From Utricularia gibba (lineage: Eukaryota; Plantae; Magnoliophyta): DNA of 64,000 bases. The stretch covers positions 1 through 64,000 of the forward strand of contig NEEC01000159.1 of NCBI GenBank assembly GCA_002189035.1. Direction: 5' to 3'. Below the pieces are notes generated by a model. That model saw only the letters and a list, made by a program, of their open reading frames with translations, searched no databases and was not told the DNA's origin. The position numbers were made by a program, and so were the translations under genes. This document shows positions 11,671-23,600 of this stretch, in pieces; the stretch's first letter is position 1; the number at the start of each line of letters is the position of its first letter.

Positions 11671-14600
11671 AATCGACGCGATTGTGATTTTCGGCTTGCA
11701 AAACATCTGCGTTTTTTCGGGTGATGTGAAATATGGGTTTTCGAGGCGATCTTTGCACATGCTTAGGGTGTGTCCCTACCCGAAGCCTCATGGTTTCCTC
11801 GCACACCGTTCGGCATCTCGTCGATATCCTGAAGACCGTGATGAGTCACGCTGCGCCCGGAATACCGTTTCGAAGCTCGTTCCGAGCCGGTCATCTTCCG
11901 TGTTTGAAAGCTTCTTCGTCCGAGGATGCATCAGAGCTCGAAATTATCGCCTTATATTAGCCTTCAGATGTGCCACAAAGTGGCCACCACGTTCGCGACG
12001 ATGCTTGGAACACCAGAATCGACGTGATTGTAATTTTCGGCTTGCAAAACATCTGCGTTTTTTGGGTGATGTGAAATATGGGTTTTCGAGGCGATCTTTG
12101 CACATGCTTAGGGTGTGTCCTACGAAGCCTCATGGTTTCGCACAAATATCCCCAATTTCGAGCCCGATCTCATGCTTACCGAAGCCTCATGGTTTCCTCG
12201 CCGTTCGCTCGTCGATATCCTGAAGACCGTGATGAGTCACGTTTCGAAGCTCGTTCCGAGCCGGTCATCTTCCGTGTTGAAAGCTTCTTCGTCCGAGGAT
12301 GCATCAGAGCTCGAATTATCGCCTTATATTAGCCTTCAGTACGATGCGACTTGGAACACCAAATCGACGTGATTGTATTTTCGGCTTGCAAAACATCTGC
12401 GTTTTTTCGGTGATGTGAAATATGGGTTTTCGAGGCGATCTTTGCACATGCTTAGGGTGTGTCCTACCCGAAGCCTCATGGTTTCCTCGCACACCGTTCG
12501 GCATCTCTCGTCGATATCCTGAAGACCGTGATGAGTCACGCTGCGCCCGGCATACCGTTTCGAAGCTCGTTCCGAGCCGGTCATCTTCCGTGTTGAAAGC
12601 TTCTTCGTCCGAGGATGCATCAGAGCTCGAATTATCGCCTTCTATTAGCCTTCAGATGCGCCACAAAGTGGCCACCACGTTCGCGACGATGCGACTTGAA
12701 CACCAAAATCGACGTGATTGTGATTTTCGGCTTGCAAAACATCTGCGTTTTTTTGGGTGATGTGAAATATGGGTTTTCGAGGCGATCTTTGCACATGCTT
12801 AGGGTGTGTCCCTCCGAAGCCTCATGGTTTCCCTCGCACACCGTTCGGCATCTCGTCGATATCCTGAAGACCGTGATGAGTCACGCTGCCCGGCATACCG
12901 TTTCGAAGCTCGTTCCGAGCCGGTCATCTTCCGTTTGAATGCTTCTTCGTCCGAGGATGCATCAGAGCTCGAATTATCGCCTTCTATTAGCCTTCAGATG
13001 TGCCACAAAGTGGCCACCACGTTCGCGACGATGCGACTTGTAACACCAAAATCGACGTGATTGTATTTTCGGCTTGCAAAACATCTGCGTTTTTTCGGTG
13101 ATGTGAAATATGGGTTTTCGAGGCGATCTTTGCACATGCTTAGGGTGTGTCCCTACCCGAAGCCTCATGGTTTCCTCGCACACCGTTCGCATCGATATCC
13201 TGTGATGAGTCACGCTGCGCCCAATACCGTTTCGAAGCTCGTTCCGAGCCGGTCATCTTCCGTGTTGAAAGCTTCTTCGTCCGAGGATGCATCAGAGCTC
13301 GAATTATCGCCTTATATTAGCCTTCAGATGTGCCACAAAGTGGCCACCACGTTCGCGACGATGCGACTTGGAACACCAAATCGACGCGATTGTATTTTCG
13401 GCTTGCAAAACATCTGCGTTTTTTCGGGTGATGTGAAATATGGGTTTTCGAGGCGATCTTTGCACATGCTTAGGGTGTGTCCTACCCGAAGCCTCATGGT
13501 TTCCTCGCACACCGTTCGGCATCTCGTCGATATCCTGAAGACCGATGAGTCACGCTGCGCCCGGCATACCGTTTCGAAGCTCGTTCCGAGCCGGTCATCT
13601 TCCGTGTTGAAAGCTTCTTCGTCGAGGATGCATCAGAGCTCGAATTATCGCCTTCTATTAGCCTTCAGATGCCCACAAAGTGGCCACCACGTTCGCGACG
13701 ATGCGACTTGAACACCAAAATCGACGTGATTGTGATTTTCGGCTTGCAAAACATCTGCGTTTTTTGGGTGATGTGAAATATGGGTTTTCGAGGCGATCTT
13801 TGCACATGCTTAGGGTGTGTCCCACCGAAGCCTCATGGTTTCCTCGCACACCGTTCGGCATCTCGTCGATATCCTGAAGACCGTGATGAGTCACGCTGCG
13901 CCCGGCATACCGTTTCGAAGCTCGTTCCGAGCCGGTCATCTTCCGTGTTGAATGCTTCTTCGTCCGAGGATGCATCAGAGCTCGAATTATCGCCTTCTAT
14001 TAGCCTTCAGATGTGCCACAAAGTGGCCACCACGTTCGCGACGATGCGACTTGGAACACCAAATCGACGTGATTGTATTTTCGGCTTGCAAAACATCTGC
14101 GTTTTTTCGGGTGATGTGAAATATGGGTTTTCGAGGCGATCTTTGCACATGCTTAGGGTGTGTCCTACCCGAAGCCTCATGGTTTCCTCGCACACCGTTC
14201 GGCATCTCGTCGATATCCTGAAGACCGTGATGAGTCACGCTGCGCCCGCATACCGTTTCGAAGCTCGTTCCGAGCCGGTCATCTTCCGTGTTTAAAGCTT
14301 CTTCGTCCGAGGATGCATCAGAGCTCGAATTATCGCCTTTATTAGCCTTCAGATGTGCCACAAAGTGGCCACCACGTTCGCGACGATGCGACTTGGAACA
14401 CCAAAATCGACGATTGTTTTTCGGCTTGCAAAACATCTGCGTTTTTTCGGGTGATGTGAAATATGGGTTTTCGAGGCGATCTTTGCACATGCTTAGGGTG
14501 TGTCCTACCCGAAGCCTCATGGTTTCCTCGCACACCGTTCGGCATCTCGTCGATATCCTGAAGACCGATGAGTCACGCTGCGCCCGGATACCGTTTCGAA

Positions 14601-17600
14601 GCTCGTTCCGAGCCGGTCATCTTCCGTGTTGAAAGCTTCTTCGTCCGAGGATGCATCAGAGCTCGAATTATCGCCTTCTATTAGCCTTCAGATGCGCCAC
14701 AAAGTGGCCACCACGTTCGCGACGATGCGACTTGGAACACCAAATCGACGCGATTGTATTTTCGGCTTGCAAAACATCTGCGTTTTTTGGGTGATGTGAA
14801 ATATGGGTTTTCGAGGCGATCTTTGCACATGCTTAGGGTGTGTCCCTACCCGAAGCCTCATGGTTTCCTCGCACACCGTTCGGCATCTCGTCGATATCCT
14901 GAAGACCGTGATGAGTCACGCTGCGCCCGGCATACCGTTTCGAAGCTCGTTCCGAGCCGGTCATCTTCCGTGTTGAAAGCTTCTTCGTCCGAGGATGCAT
15001 CAGAGCTCGAATTATCGCCTTCTATTAGCCTTCAGATGTGCCACAAAGTGGCCACCACGTTCGCGACGATGCGACTTGTAACACCAGAATCGACGCGATT
15101 GTGATTTTCGGCTTGCAAAACATCTGCGTTTTTTGGGTGATGTGAAATATGGGTTTTCGAGGCGATCTTTGCACATGCTTAGGGTGTGTCCCTACCCGAA
15201 GCCTCATGGTTTCCTCGCACACCGTTCGGCATCTCGTCGATATCCTGAAGACCGTGATGAGTCACGCTGCGCCCGGAATACCGTTTCGAAGCTCGTTCCG
15301 AGCCGTCATCTTCCGTGTTGAAAGCTTCTTCGTCCGAGGATGCATCAGAGCTCGAATTATCGCCTTATATTAGCCTTCAGATGTGCCACAAAGTGGCCAC
15401 CACGTTCGCGACGATGCGACTTGGAACACCAAAATCGACGTGATTGTAATTTTCGGCTTGCAAAACATCTGCGTTTTTTCGGGTGATGTGAAATATGGGT
15501 TTTCGAGGCGATCTTTGCACATGCTTAGGGTGTGTCCCTACCGAAGCCTCATGGTTTCCTCGCACACCGTTCGGCATCTCGTCGATATCCTGAAGACCGT
15601 GATGAGTCACGCTGCGCCCGGATACCGTTTCGAAGCTCGTTCCGAGCCGGTCATCTTCCGTGTTGAAGCTTCTTCGTCCGAGGATGCATCAGAGCTCGAA
15701 TTATCGCCTTCTATTAGCCTTCAGATGTGCCACAAAGTGGCCACCACGTTCGCGACGATGCGACTTGGAACACCAAAATCGACGCGATTGTGATTTTCGG
15801 CTTGCAAAACATCTGCGTTTTTTCGGGTGATGTGAAATATGGGTTTTCGAGGCGATCTTTGCACATGCTTAGGGTGTGTCCCTACCGAAGCCTCATGGTT
15901 TCCTCGCACACCGTTCGGCATCTCGTCGATATCCTGAAGACCGTGATGAGTCACGCTGCGCCCGGAATACCGTTTCGAAGCTCGTTCCGAGCCGGTCATC
16001 TTCCGTGTTGAAAGCTTCTTCGTCCGAGGATGCATCAAGCTCGAATTATCGCCTTCTATTAGCCTTCAGATGCGCCACAAAGTGGCCACCACGTTCGCGA
16101 CGATGCGACTTGTAACACCAAATCGACGCGATTGTATTTTCGGCTTGCAAAACATCTGCGTTTTTTCGGGTGATGTGAAATATGGGTTTTCGAGGCGATC
16201 TTTGCACATGCTTAGGGTGTGTCCCTACCCGAAGCCTCATGGTTTCCTCGCACACGTTCGGCATCTCGTCGATATCCTGAAGACCGTGATGAGTCACGCT
16301 GCGCCCGGAATACCGTTTCGAAGCTCGTTCCGAGCCGGTCATCTTCCGTGTTGAAAGCTTCTTCGTCCGAGGATGCATCAGAGCTCGAATTATCGCCTTA
16401 TATTAGCCTTCAGATGCGCCACAAAGTGGCCACCACGTTCGCGACGATGCGACTTGGAACACCAAAATCGACGTGATTGTGAATTTTCGGCTTGCAAAAC
16501 ATCTGCGTTTTTTCGGGTGATGTGAAATATGGGTTTTCGAGGCGATCTTTGCACATGCTTAGGGTGTGTCCCTACCCGACACCGTTCGGCTCATATCCTG
16601 GACCGTGATTCACGCTGCGCCCGGACCGTTTCGAAGCTCGTTCGAGCATCTCCGTGTTGAATGCGTCCGAGGATGCATCTCTTATCGATAGAGATGTGCC
16701 GTGGCCATTCGCGACGATGCGACTTGGAACACCAAATCGACGCGGCCGGATGTGAAATACCGATTTTGCGCGCCACAAAGTTCCGGCACCACGTCGCTTC
16801 CGTGTGTTGAAAAAGCTTCTTCGTCCGAGGATCAAAATCGACGCGATTGTGATTTCGCCTCGGCTTGCAAAACATCTGCGTTTTTTCGGGTGATGTGAAA
16901 TATGGGTTTTCGAGGCGATCTTTGCACATGCTTAGGGTGTGTCCCTACCGAAGCCTCATGGTTTCCTCGCACACCGTTCGGCATCTCGTCGATATCCTGA
17001 AGACCGTGATGAGTCACGCTGCGCCCGGAATACCGTTTCGAAGCTCGTTCCGAGCCGTCATCTTCCGTGTTGAAAGCTTCTTCGTCCGAGGATGCATAAG
17101 AGCTCGAATTATCGCCTTATATTAGCCTTCAGATGTGCCACAAAGTGGCCACCACGTTCGCGACGACGCGACTTGGAACACCAAAATCGACGTGATTGTA
17201 ATTTTCGGCTTGCAAAACATCTGCGTTTTTTCGGGTGATGTGAAATATGGGTTTTCGAGGCGATCTTTGCACATGCTTAGGGTGTGTCCCTACCGAAGCC
17301 TCATGGTTTCCTCGCACACCGTTCGGCATCTCGTCGATATCCTGAAGACCGTGATGAGTCACGCTGCGCCCGGAATACCGTTTCGAAGCTCGTTCCGAGC
17401 CGGTCATCTTCCGTGTTGAAGCTTCTTCGTCCGAGGATGCATCAGAGCTCGAATTATCGCCTTCTATTAGCCTTCAGATGTGCCACAAAGTGGCCACCAC
17501 GTTCGCGACGATGCGACTTGGAACACCAAATCGACGCGATTGATTTTCGGCTTGCAAAACATCTGCGTTTTTTCGGGTGCAAAACAATCATGGGTTTTCG

Positions 17601-20600
17601 AGGGTGATGTGAATTGCACATTTCGCTTAGGATGTTTGCCTACCCGATGCTTATGGTTTCGTCGCTACACCGTTCGGCATCTCATGTCGATATCCTGACA
17701 GTTCGGCATCTCGTCGATATCCTGAAGACCGATGAGTCACGCTGCGCCCGGCATACCGTTTCGAAGCTCGTTCCGAGCCGGTCATCTTCCGTGTTTGCTT
17801 TCTTCGTCCGAGGATGCATCAGAGCTCGAATTATCGCCTTCTATTAGCCTTCAGATGTGCCACAAAGTGGCCACCACGTTCGCGACGATGCGACTTGGAA
17901 CACAAAAAAATCGACGCGATTGTGATTTTCGGCTTGCAAAACATCTGCGTTTTTCGGGTGATGTGAAATATGGGTTTTCGAGGCGATCTTTGCACATGCT
18001 TAGGGTGTGCCCTACCCCGAAGCCTCATGGTTTCCTCGCACACCGTTCGGCATCTCTCGATATCCTGAAGACCGTGATGAGTCACGCTGCGCCCGGCATA
18101 CCGTTTCGAAGCTCGTTCCGAGCCGGTCATCTTCCGTGTTGAAAGCTTCTTCGTCCGAGGATGCATCAGAGCTCGAATTATCGCCTTCTATTAGCCTTCA
18201 GATGCGCCACAAAGTGGCCACCACGTTCGCGACGATGCGACTTGTAACACCAAGAATCGACGCGATTGTGATTTTCGGCTTGCAAAACATCTGCGTTTTT
18301 GGGTGATGTGAAATATGGGTTTTCGAGGCGATCTTTGCACATGCTTAGGGTGTGTTCTACCGAAGCCTCATGGTTTCCTCGCACACCGTTCGGCATCTCG
18401 TCGATATCCTGACCGTGATGAGTCACGCTGCGCCGGAATACCGTTTCGAAGCTCGTTCCGAGCCGTCATCTTCCGTGTTGAAAGCTTCTTCGTCCAGGAT
18501 GCATCAGAGCTCGAATTATCGCCTTAATTAGCCTTCAGATGTGCCACAAAGTGGCCACCACGTTCGCGACGATGCGACTTGGAACACCAAATCGACGTGA
18601 TTGTAATTTTCGGCTTGCAAAACATCTGCGTTTTTTCGGGTGATGTGAAATATGGGTTTTCGAGGCGATCTTTGCACATGCTTAGGGTGTGTCCCTACCG
18701 AAGCCTCATGGTTTCCTCGCACACCGTTCGGCATCTCGTCGATATCCTGAAGACCGTGATGAGTCACGCTGCGCCCGGAATACCGTTTCGAAGCTCGTTC
18801 CGAGCCGGTCATCTTCCGTGTTGAAAGCTTCTTCGTCCGAGGATGCATCAGAGCTCGAATTATCGCCTTATATTAGCCTTCAGATGCGCCACAAAGTGGC
18901 CACCACGTTCGCGACGATGCGACTTGGAACACAAAATCGACGCGATTGTAATTTTCGGCTTGCAAAACATCTGCGTTTTTTCGGTGATGTGAAATATGGG
19001 TTTTCGAGGCGATCTTTGCACATGCTTAGGGTGTGTCCTACCGAAGCCTCATGGTTTCCTCGCACACCGTTCGGCATCTCGTCGATATCCTGAAGACCGT
19101 GATGAGTCACGCTGCGCCCGGAATACCGTTTCGAAGCTCGTTCCGAGCCGGTCATCTTCCGTGTTGAAAGCTTCTTCGTCCGAGGATGCATCAGAGCTCG
19201 AATTATCGCCTTCTATTAGCCTTCAGATGTGCCACAAAGTGGCCACCACGTTCGCGACGATGCGACTTGGAACACCAAAATCGACGCGATTGTGATTTTC
19301 GGCTTGCAAAACATCTGCGTTTTTTCGGGTGATGTGAAATATGGGTTTTCGAGGCGATCTTTGCACATGCTTAGGGTGTGTCCCTACCGAAGCCTCATGG
19401 TTTCCTCGCACACCGTTCGGCATCTCGTCGATATCCTGAAGACCGTGATGAGTCACGCTGCGCCGGAATACCGTTTCGAAGCTCGTTCCGAGCCGGTCAT
19501 CTTCCGTGTTGAAAGCTTCTTCGTCCGAGGATGCATCAGAGCTCGAATTATCGCCTTCTATTAGCCTTCAGATGCGCCACAAAGTGGCCACCACGTTCGC
19601 GACGATGCGACTTGGAAACACCAAAATCGACGCGATTGTAATTTTCGGCTTGCAAAACATCTGCGTTTTTTCGGGTGATGTGAAATATGGGTTTTCGAGG
19701 CGATCTTTGCACATGCTTAGGGTGTGTCCTACCGAAGCCTCATGGTTTCCTCGCACACCGTTCGGCATCTCGTCGATATCCTGAAGACCAATCCACGCCC
19801 CGCCGTTTTTTATCGTGTTGAAAGCTTCGTCCGAGATGCATAGAGCTCGAATTATCGCCTTCTATTAGCCTTCAGATGCGCCACAAAGTGGCCACCACGT
19901 TCGCGACGATGCGACTTGGAACACCAAATCGACGCGATTGTGATTTTCGGCTTGCAAAACATCTGCGTTTTTGGGTGATGTGAAATATGGGTTTTCGAGG
20001 CGATCTTTGCACATGCTTAGGGTGTCCCTACCCGAAGCCTCATGGTTTCCTCGCACACCGCGGCATCTCGTCGATATCCTGAAGACCGTGATGAGTCACG
20101 CTGCGCCCGATCCGTTTGAAGCAGCATCTTCCGCTTAGGATGCATCAGTCGTTATCCCTACCTTCAGATGCGCCACAAAGCCTCGCGACGATGCGACTTG
20201 TAACACCAAATCGACGCGATTGTGATTTTCGGCTTGCAAAACATCTGCGTTTTTGGGTGATGTGAAATATGGGTTTTCGAGGCGATCTTTGCACATGCTT
20301 AGGGTGTGTCCTACAAGCCTCATGGTTTCCTCGCACACCGTTCGGCATCTCGTCGATATCCTGAAGACCGTGATGAGTCACGCTGCGCCCGGATACCGTT
20401 TCGAAGCTCGTTCCGAGCCGGTCATCTTCCGTGTTAAAGCTTCTTCGTCCGAGGATGCATCAGAGCTCGGCCTCATCTTCATGCGTGTTCGCAAAGGAAC
20501 TTCTTGCGCGTCCGAGGATGCACATCTTAGACCGCCTCATGAATTCGGCATCTCGCCCTTCACGCTGCGCCCGGAATACCGTTTCGAAGCTCGTTCCGAG

Positions 20601-23600
20601 CCGGTCATCTTCCGTGCTTCACATCAGAGTGGCCACCACGTGGCCACCACGTTCGCGACGATGCGACTTGTAACACCAATCGACGCGATTGTAATTTTCG
20701 GCTTGCAAAACATCTGCGTTTTTTCGGGTGATGTGAAATATGGGTTTTCGAGGCGATCTTGCACATGCTTAGGGTGTGTCCTACCGAAGCCTCATGGTTT
20801 CCTCGCACACCGTTCGGCATCTCGTCGATATCCTGAAGACCGTGATGAGTCACGCTGCGCCGCAATACCGTTTCGAAGCTCGTTCCGAGCCGGTCATCTT
20901 CCGTGTTTAAAGCTTCTTCGTCCGAGGATGCATCAGAGCTCGAATTATCGCCTTCTATTAGCCTTCAGATGCGCCACAAAGTGGCCACCACGTTCGCGAC
21001 GATGCGACTTGGAACACCAAAATCGACGCGATTGATTTTCGGCTTGCAAAACATCTGCGTTTTTTCGGGTGATGTGAAATATGGGTTTTCGAGGCGATCT
21101 TTGCACATGCTTAGGGTGTGTCCTACCCGAAGCCTCATGGTTTCCTCGCACACCGTTCGGCATCTCGTCGATATCCTGAAACCGTGACACGTGATACCGA
21201 GTCACGCTGCTTCTTCGTCCGAGGATGCATCAGAGCTCGAATTATCGCCTTCTATTAGCCTTCAGATGCGCCACAGCTTCGCGACGATTCCGAGCGATTG
21301 TGATTTTCGGTCATCTGCGTTTTTTGGGTGATGTGAAATATGGGTTTTCGAGGCGATCTTTGCACATGCTTAGGGTGTGTCCTACCGAAGCCTCATGGTT
21401 TCCTCGCACACCGTTCGGCATCTCGTCGATATCCTGAAGACCGTGATGAGTCACGCTGCGCCCGGAATACCGTTTCGAAGCTCGTTCCGAGCCGGTCATC
21501 TTCCGTGTTGAAGCTTCTTCGTCCGAGGATGCATCAGAGCTCGAATTATCGCCTTCTATTAGCCTTCAGATGTGCCACAAAGTGGCCACCACGTTCGCGA
21601 CGATGCGACTTGGAACACCAAAATCGACGTGATTGTAATTTTCGGCTTGCAAAACATCTGCGTTTTTTCGGGTGATGTGAAATATGGGTTTTCGAGGCGA
21701 TCTTTGCACATGCTTAGGGTGTGTCCCTACCGAAGCCTCATGGTTTCCTCGCACACCGTTCGGCATCTCGTCGATATCCTGAAGACCGTGATGAGTCACG
21801 CTGCGCCCGGAATACCGTTTCGAAGCTCGTTCCGAGCCGGTCATCTTCCGTGTTGAAAGCTTCTTCGTCCGAGATGCATCAGAGCTCGAATTATCGCCTA
21901 TTAGCCTTCAGATGTGCCACAAAGTGGCCACGTTCGCGACGAGCGACTTGGAACACAAATCGACGTGATTGTATTTTCGGCTTGCAAAACATCTGCGTTT
22001 TTTCGGGTGATGTGAAATATGGGTTTTCGAGGCGATCTTTGCATGGGGTGTCCCTCCCGCACACCCGTTCGGCATCTCGATATCCTGATGATGAGTCCGC
22101 TGAACCGTTTCGACCGTTCCGATGAGTCACGAGCTCGAATTATCGCCTTCTATTAGCCTTCAGATGTGCCACAAAGTGGCCACCACGTTCGCGACGATGC
22201 GACTTGGAACACCAAAATCGCGCGATCGTTCCGAGCCGGCACATGCTTATCTACCGAAGCCTCATGGTTTCCTCGCACACCGTTCGGCATCTCGTCGATA
22301 TCCTGAAGACCGTGATGAGTCACGCTGCGCCCGGAATACCGTTTCGAAGCTCGTTCCGAGCCGGTCATCTTCCGTGTTGAAAGCTTCTTCGTCCGAGATG
22401 CAGAGCTCGAATTATCGCCTTCTATTAGCCTTCAGATGTGCCACAAAGTGGCCACCACGTTCGCGACGATGCGACTTGGAACACCAAAATCGACGTGATT
22501 GTATTTTCGGCTTGCAAAACATCTGCGTTTTTTCGGGTGATGTGAAATATGGGTTTTCGAGGCGATCTTTGCACATGCTTAGGGTGTGTCCCTACGAAGC
22601 CTCATGGTTTCCTCGCACACCGTTCGGCATCTCGTCGATATCCTGAAGACCGTGATGAGTCACGCTGCGCCCGGAATACCGTTTCGAAGCTCGTTCCGAG
22701 CCGGTCATCTTCCGTGTTGAATGCTTCTTCGTCCGAGGATGCATAAGAGCTCGAATTATCGCCTTATATTAGCCTTCAGATGTGCCACAAAGTGGCCACC
22801 ACGTTCGCGACGATGCGACTTGGAACACCAAAATCGACGTGATTGTAATTTTCGGCTTGCAAAACATCTGCGTTTTTTCGGGTGATGTGAAATATGGGTT
22901 TTCGAGGCGATCTTTGCACATGCTTAGGGTGTGTCCCTACCGAAGCCTCATGGTTTCCTCGCACACCGTTCGGCATCTCGTCGATATCCTGAAGACCGTG
23001 ATGAGTCACGCTGCGCCCGGATACCGTTTCGAAGCTCGTTCCGAGCCGGTCATCTTCCGTGTTTAAAGCTTCTTCGTCCGAGGATGCATCAGAGCTCGAA
23101 TTATCGCCTTCTATTAGCCTTCAGATGTGCCACAAAGTGGCCACCACGTTCGCGACGATGCGACTTGGAACACCAAAATCGACGCGATTGTATTTTCGGC
23201 TTGCAAAACATCTGCGTTTTTTCGGGTGATGTGAAATATGGGTTTTCGAGGCGATCTTTGCACATGCTTAGGGTGTGTCCCTACCGAAGCCTCATGGTTT
23301 CCTCGCACACCGTTCGGCATCTCGTCGATATCCTGAAGACCGTGATGAGTCACGCTGCGCCCGGAATACCGTTTCGAAGCTCGTTCCGAGCCGGTCATCT
23401 TCCGTGTTGAATGCTTCTTCGTCCGAGGATGCATAAGAGCTCGAATTATCGCCTTATATTAGCCTTCAGATGTGCCACAAAGTGGCCACCACGTTCGCGA
23501 CGATGCGACTTGGAACACCAAAATCGACGTGATTGTAATTTTCGGCTTGCAAAACATCTGCGTTTTTTCGGGTGATGTGAAATATGGGTTTTCGAGGCGA

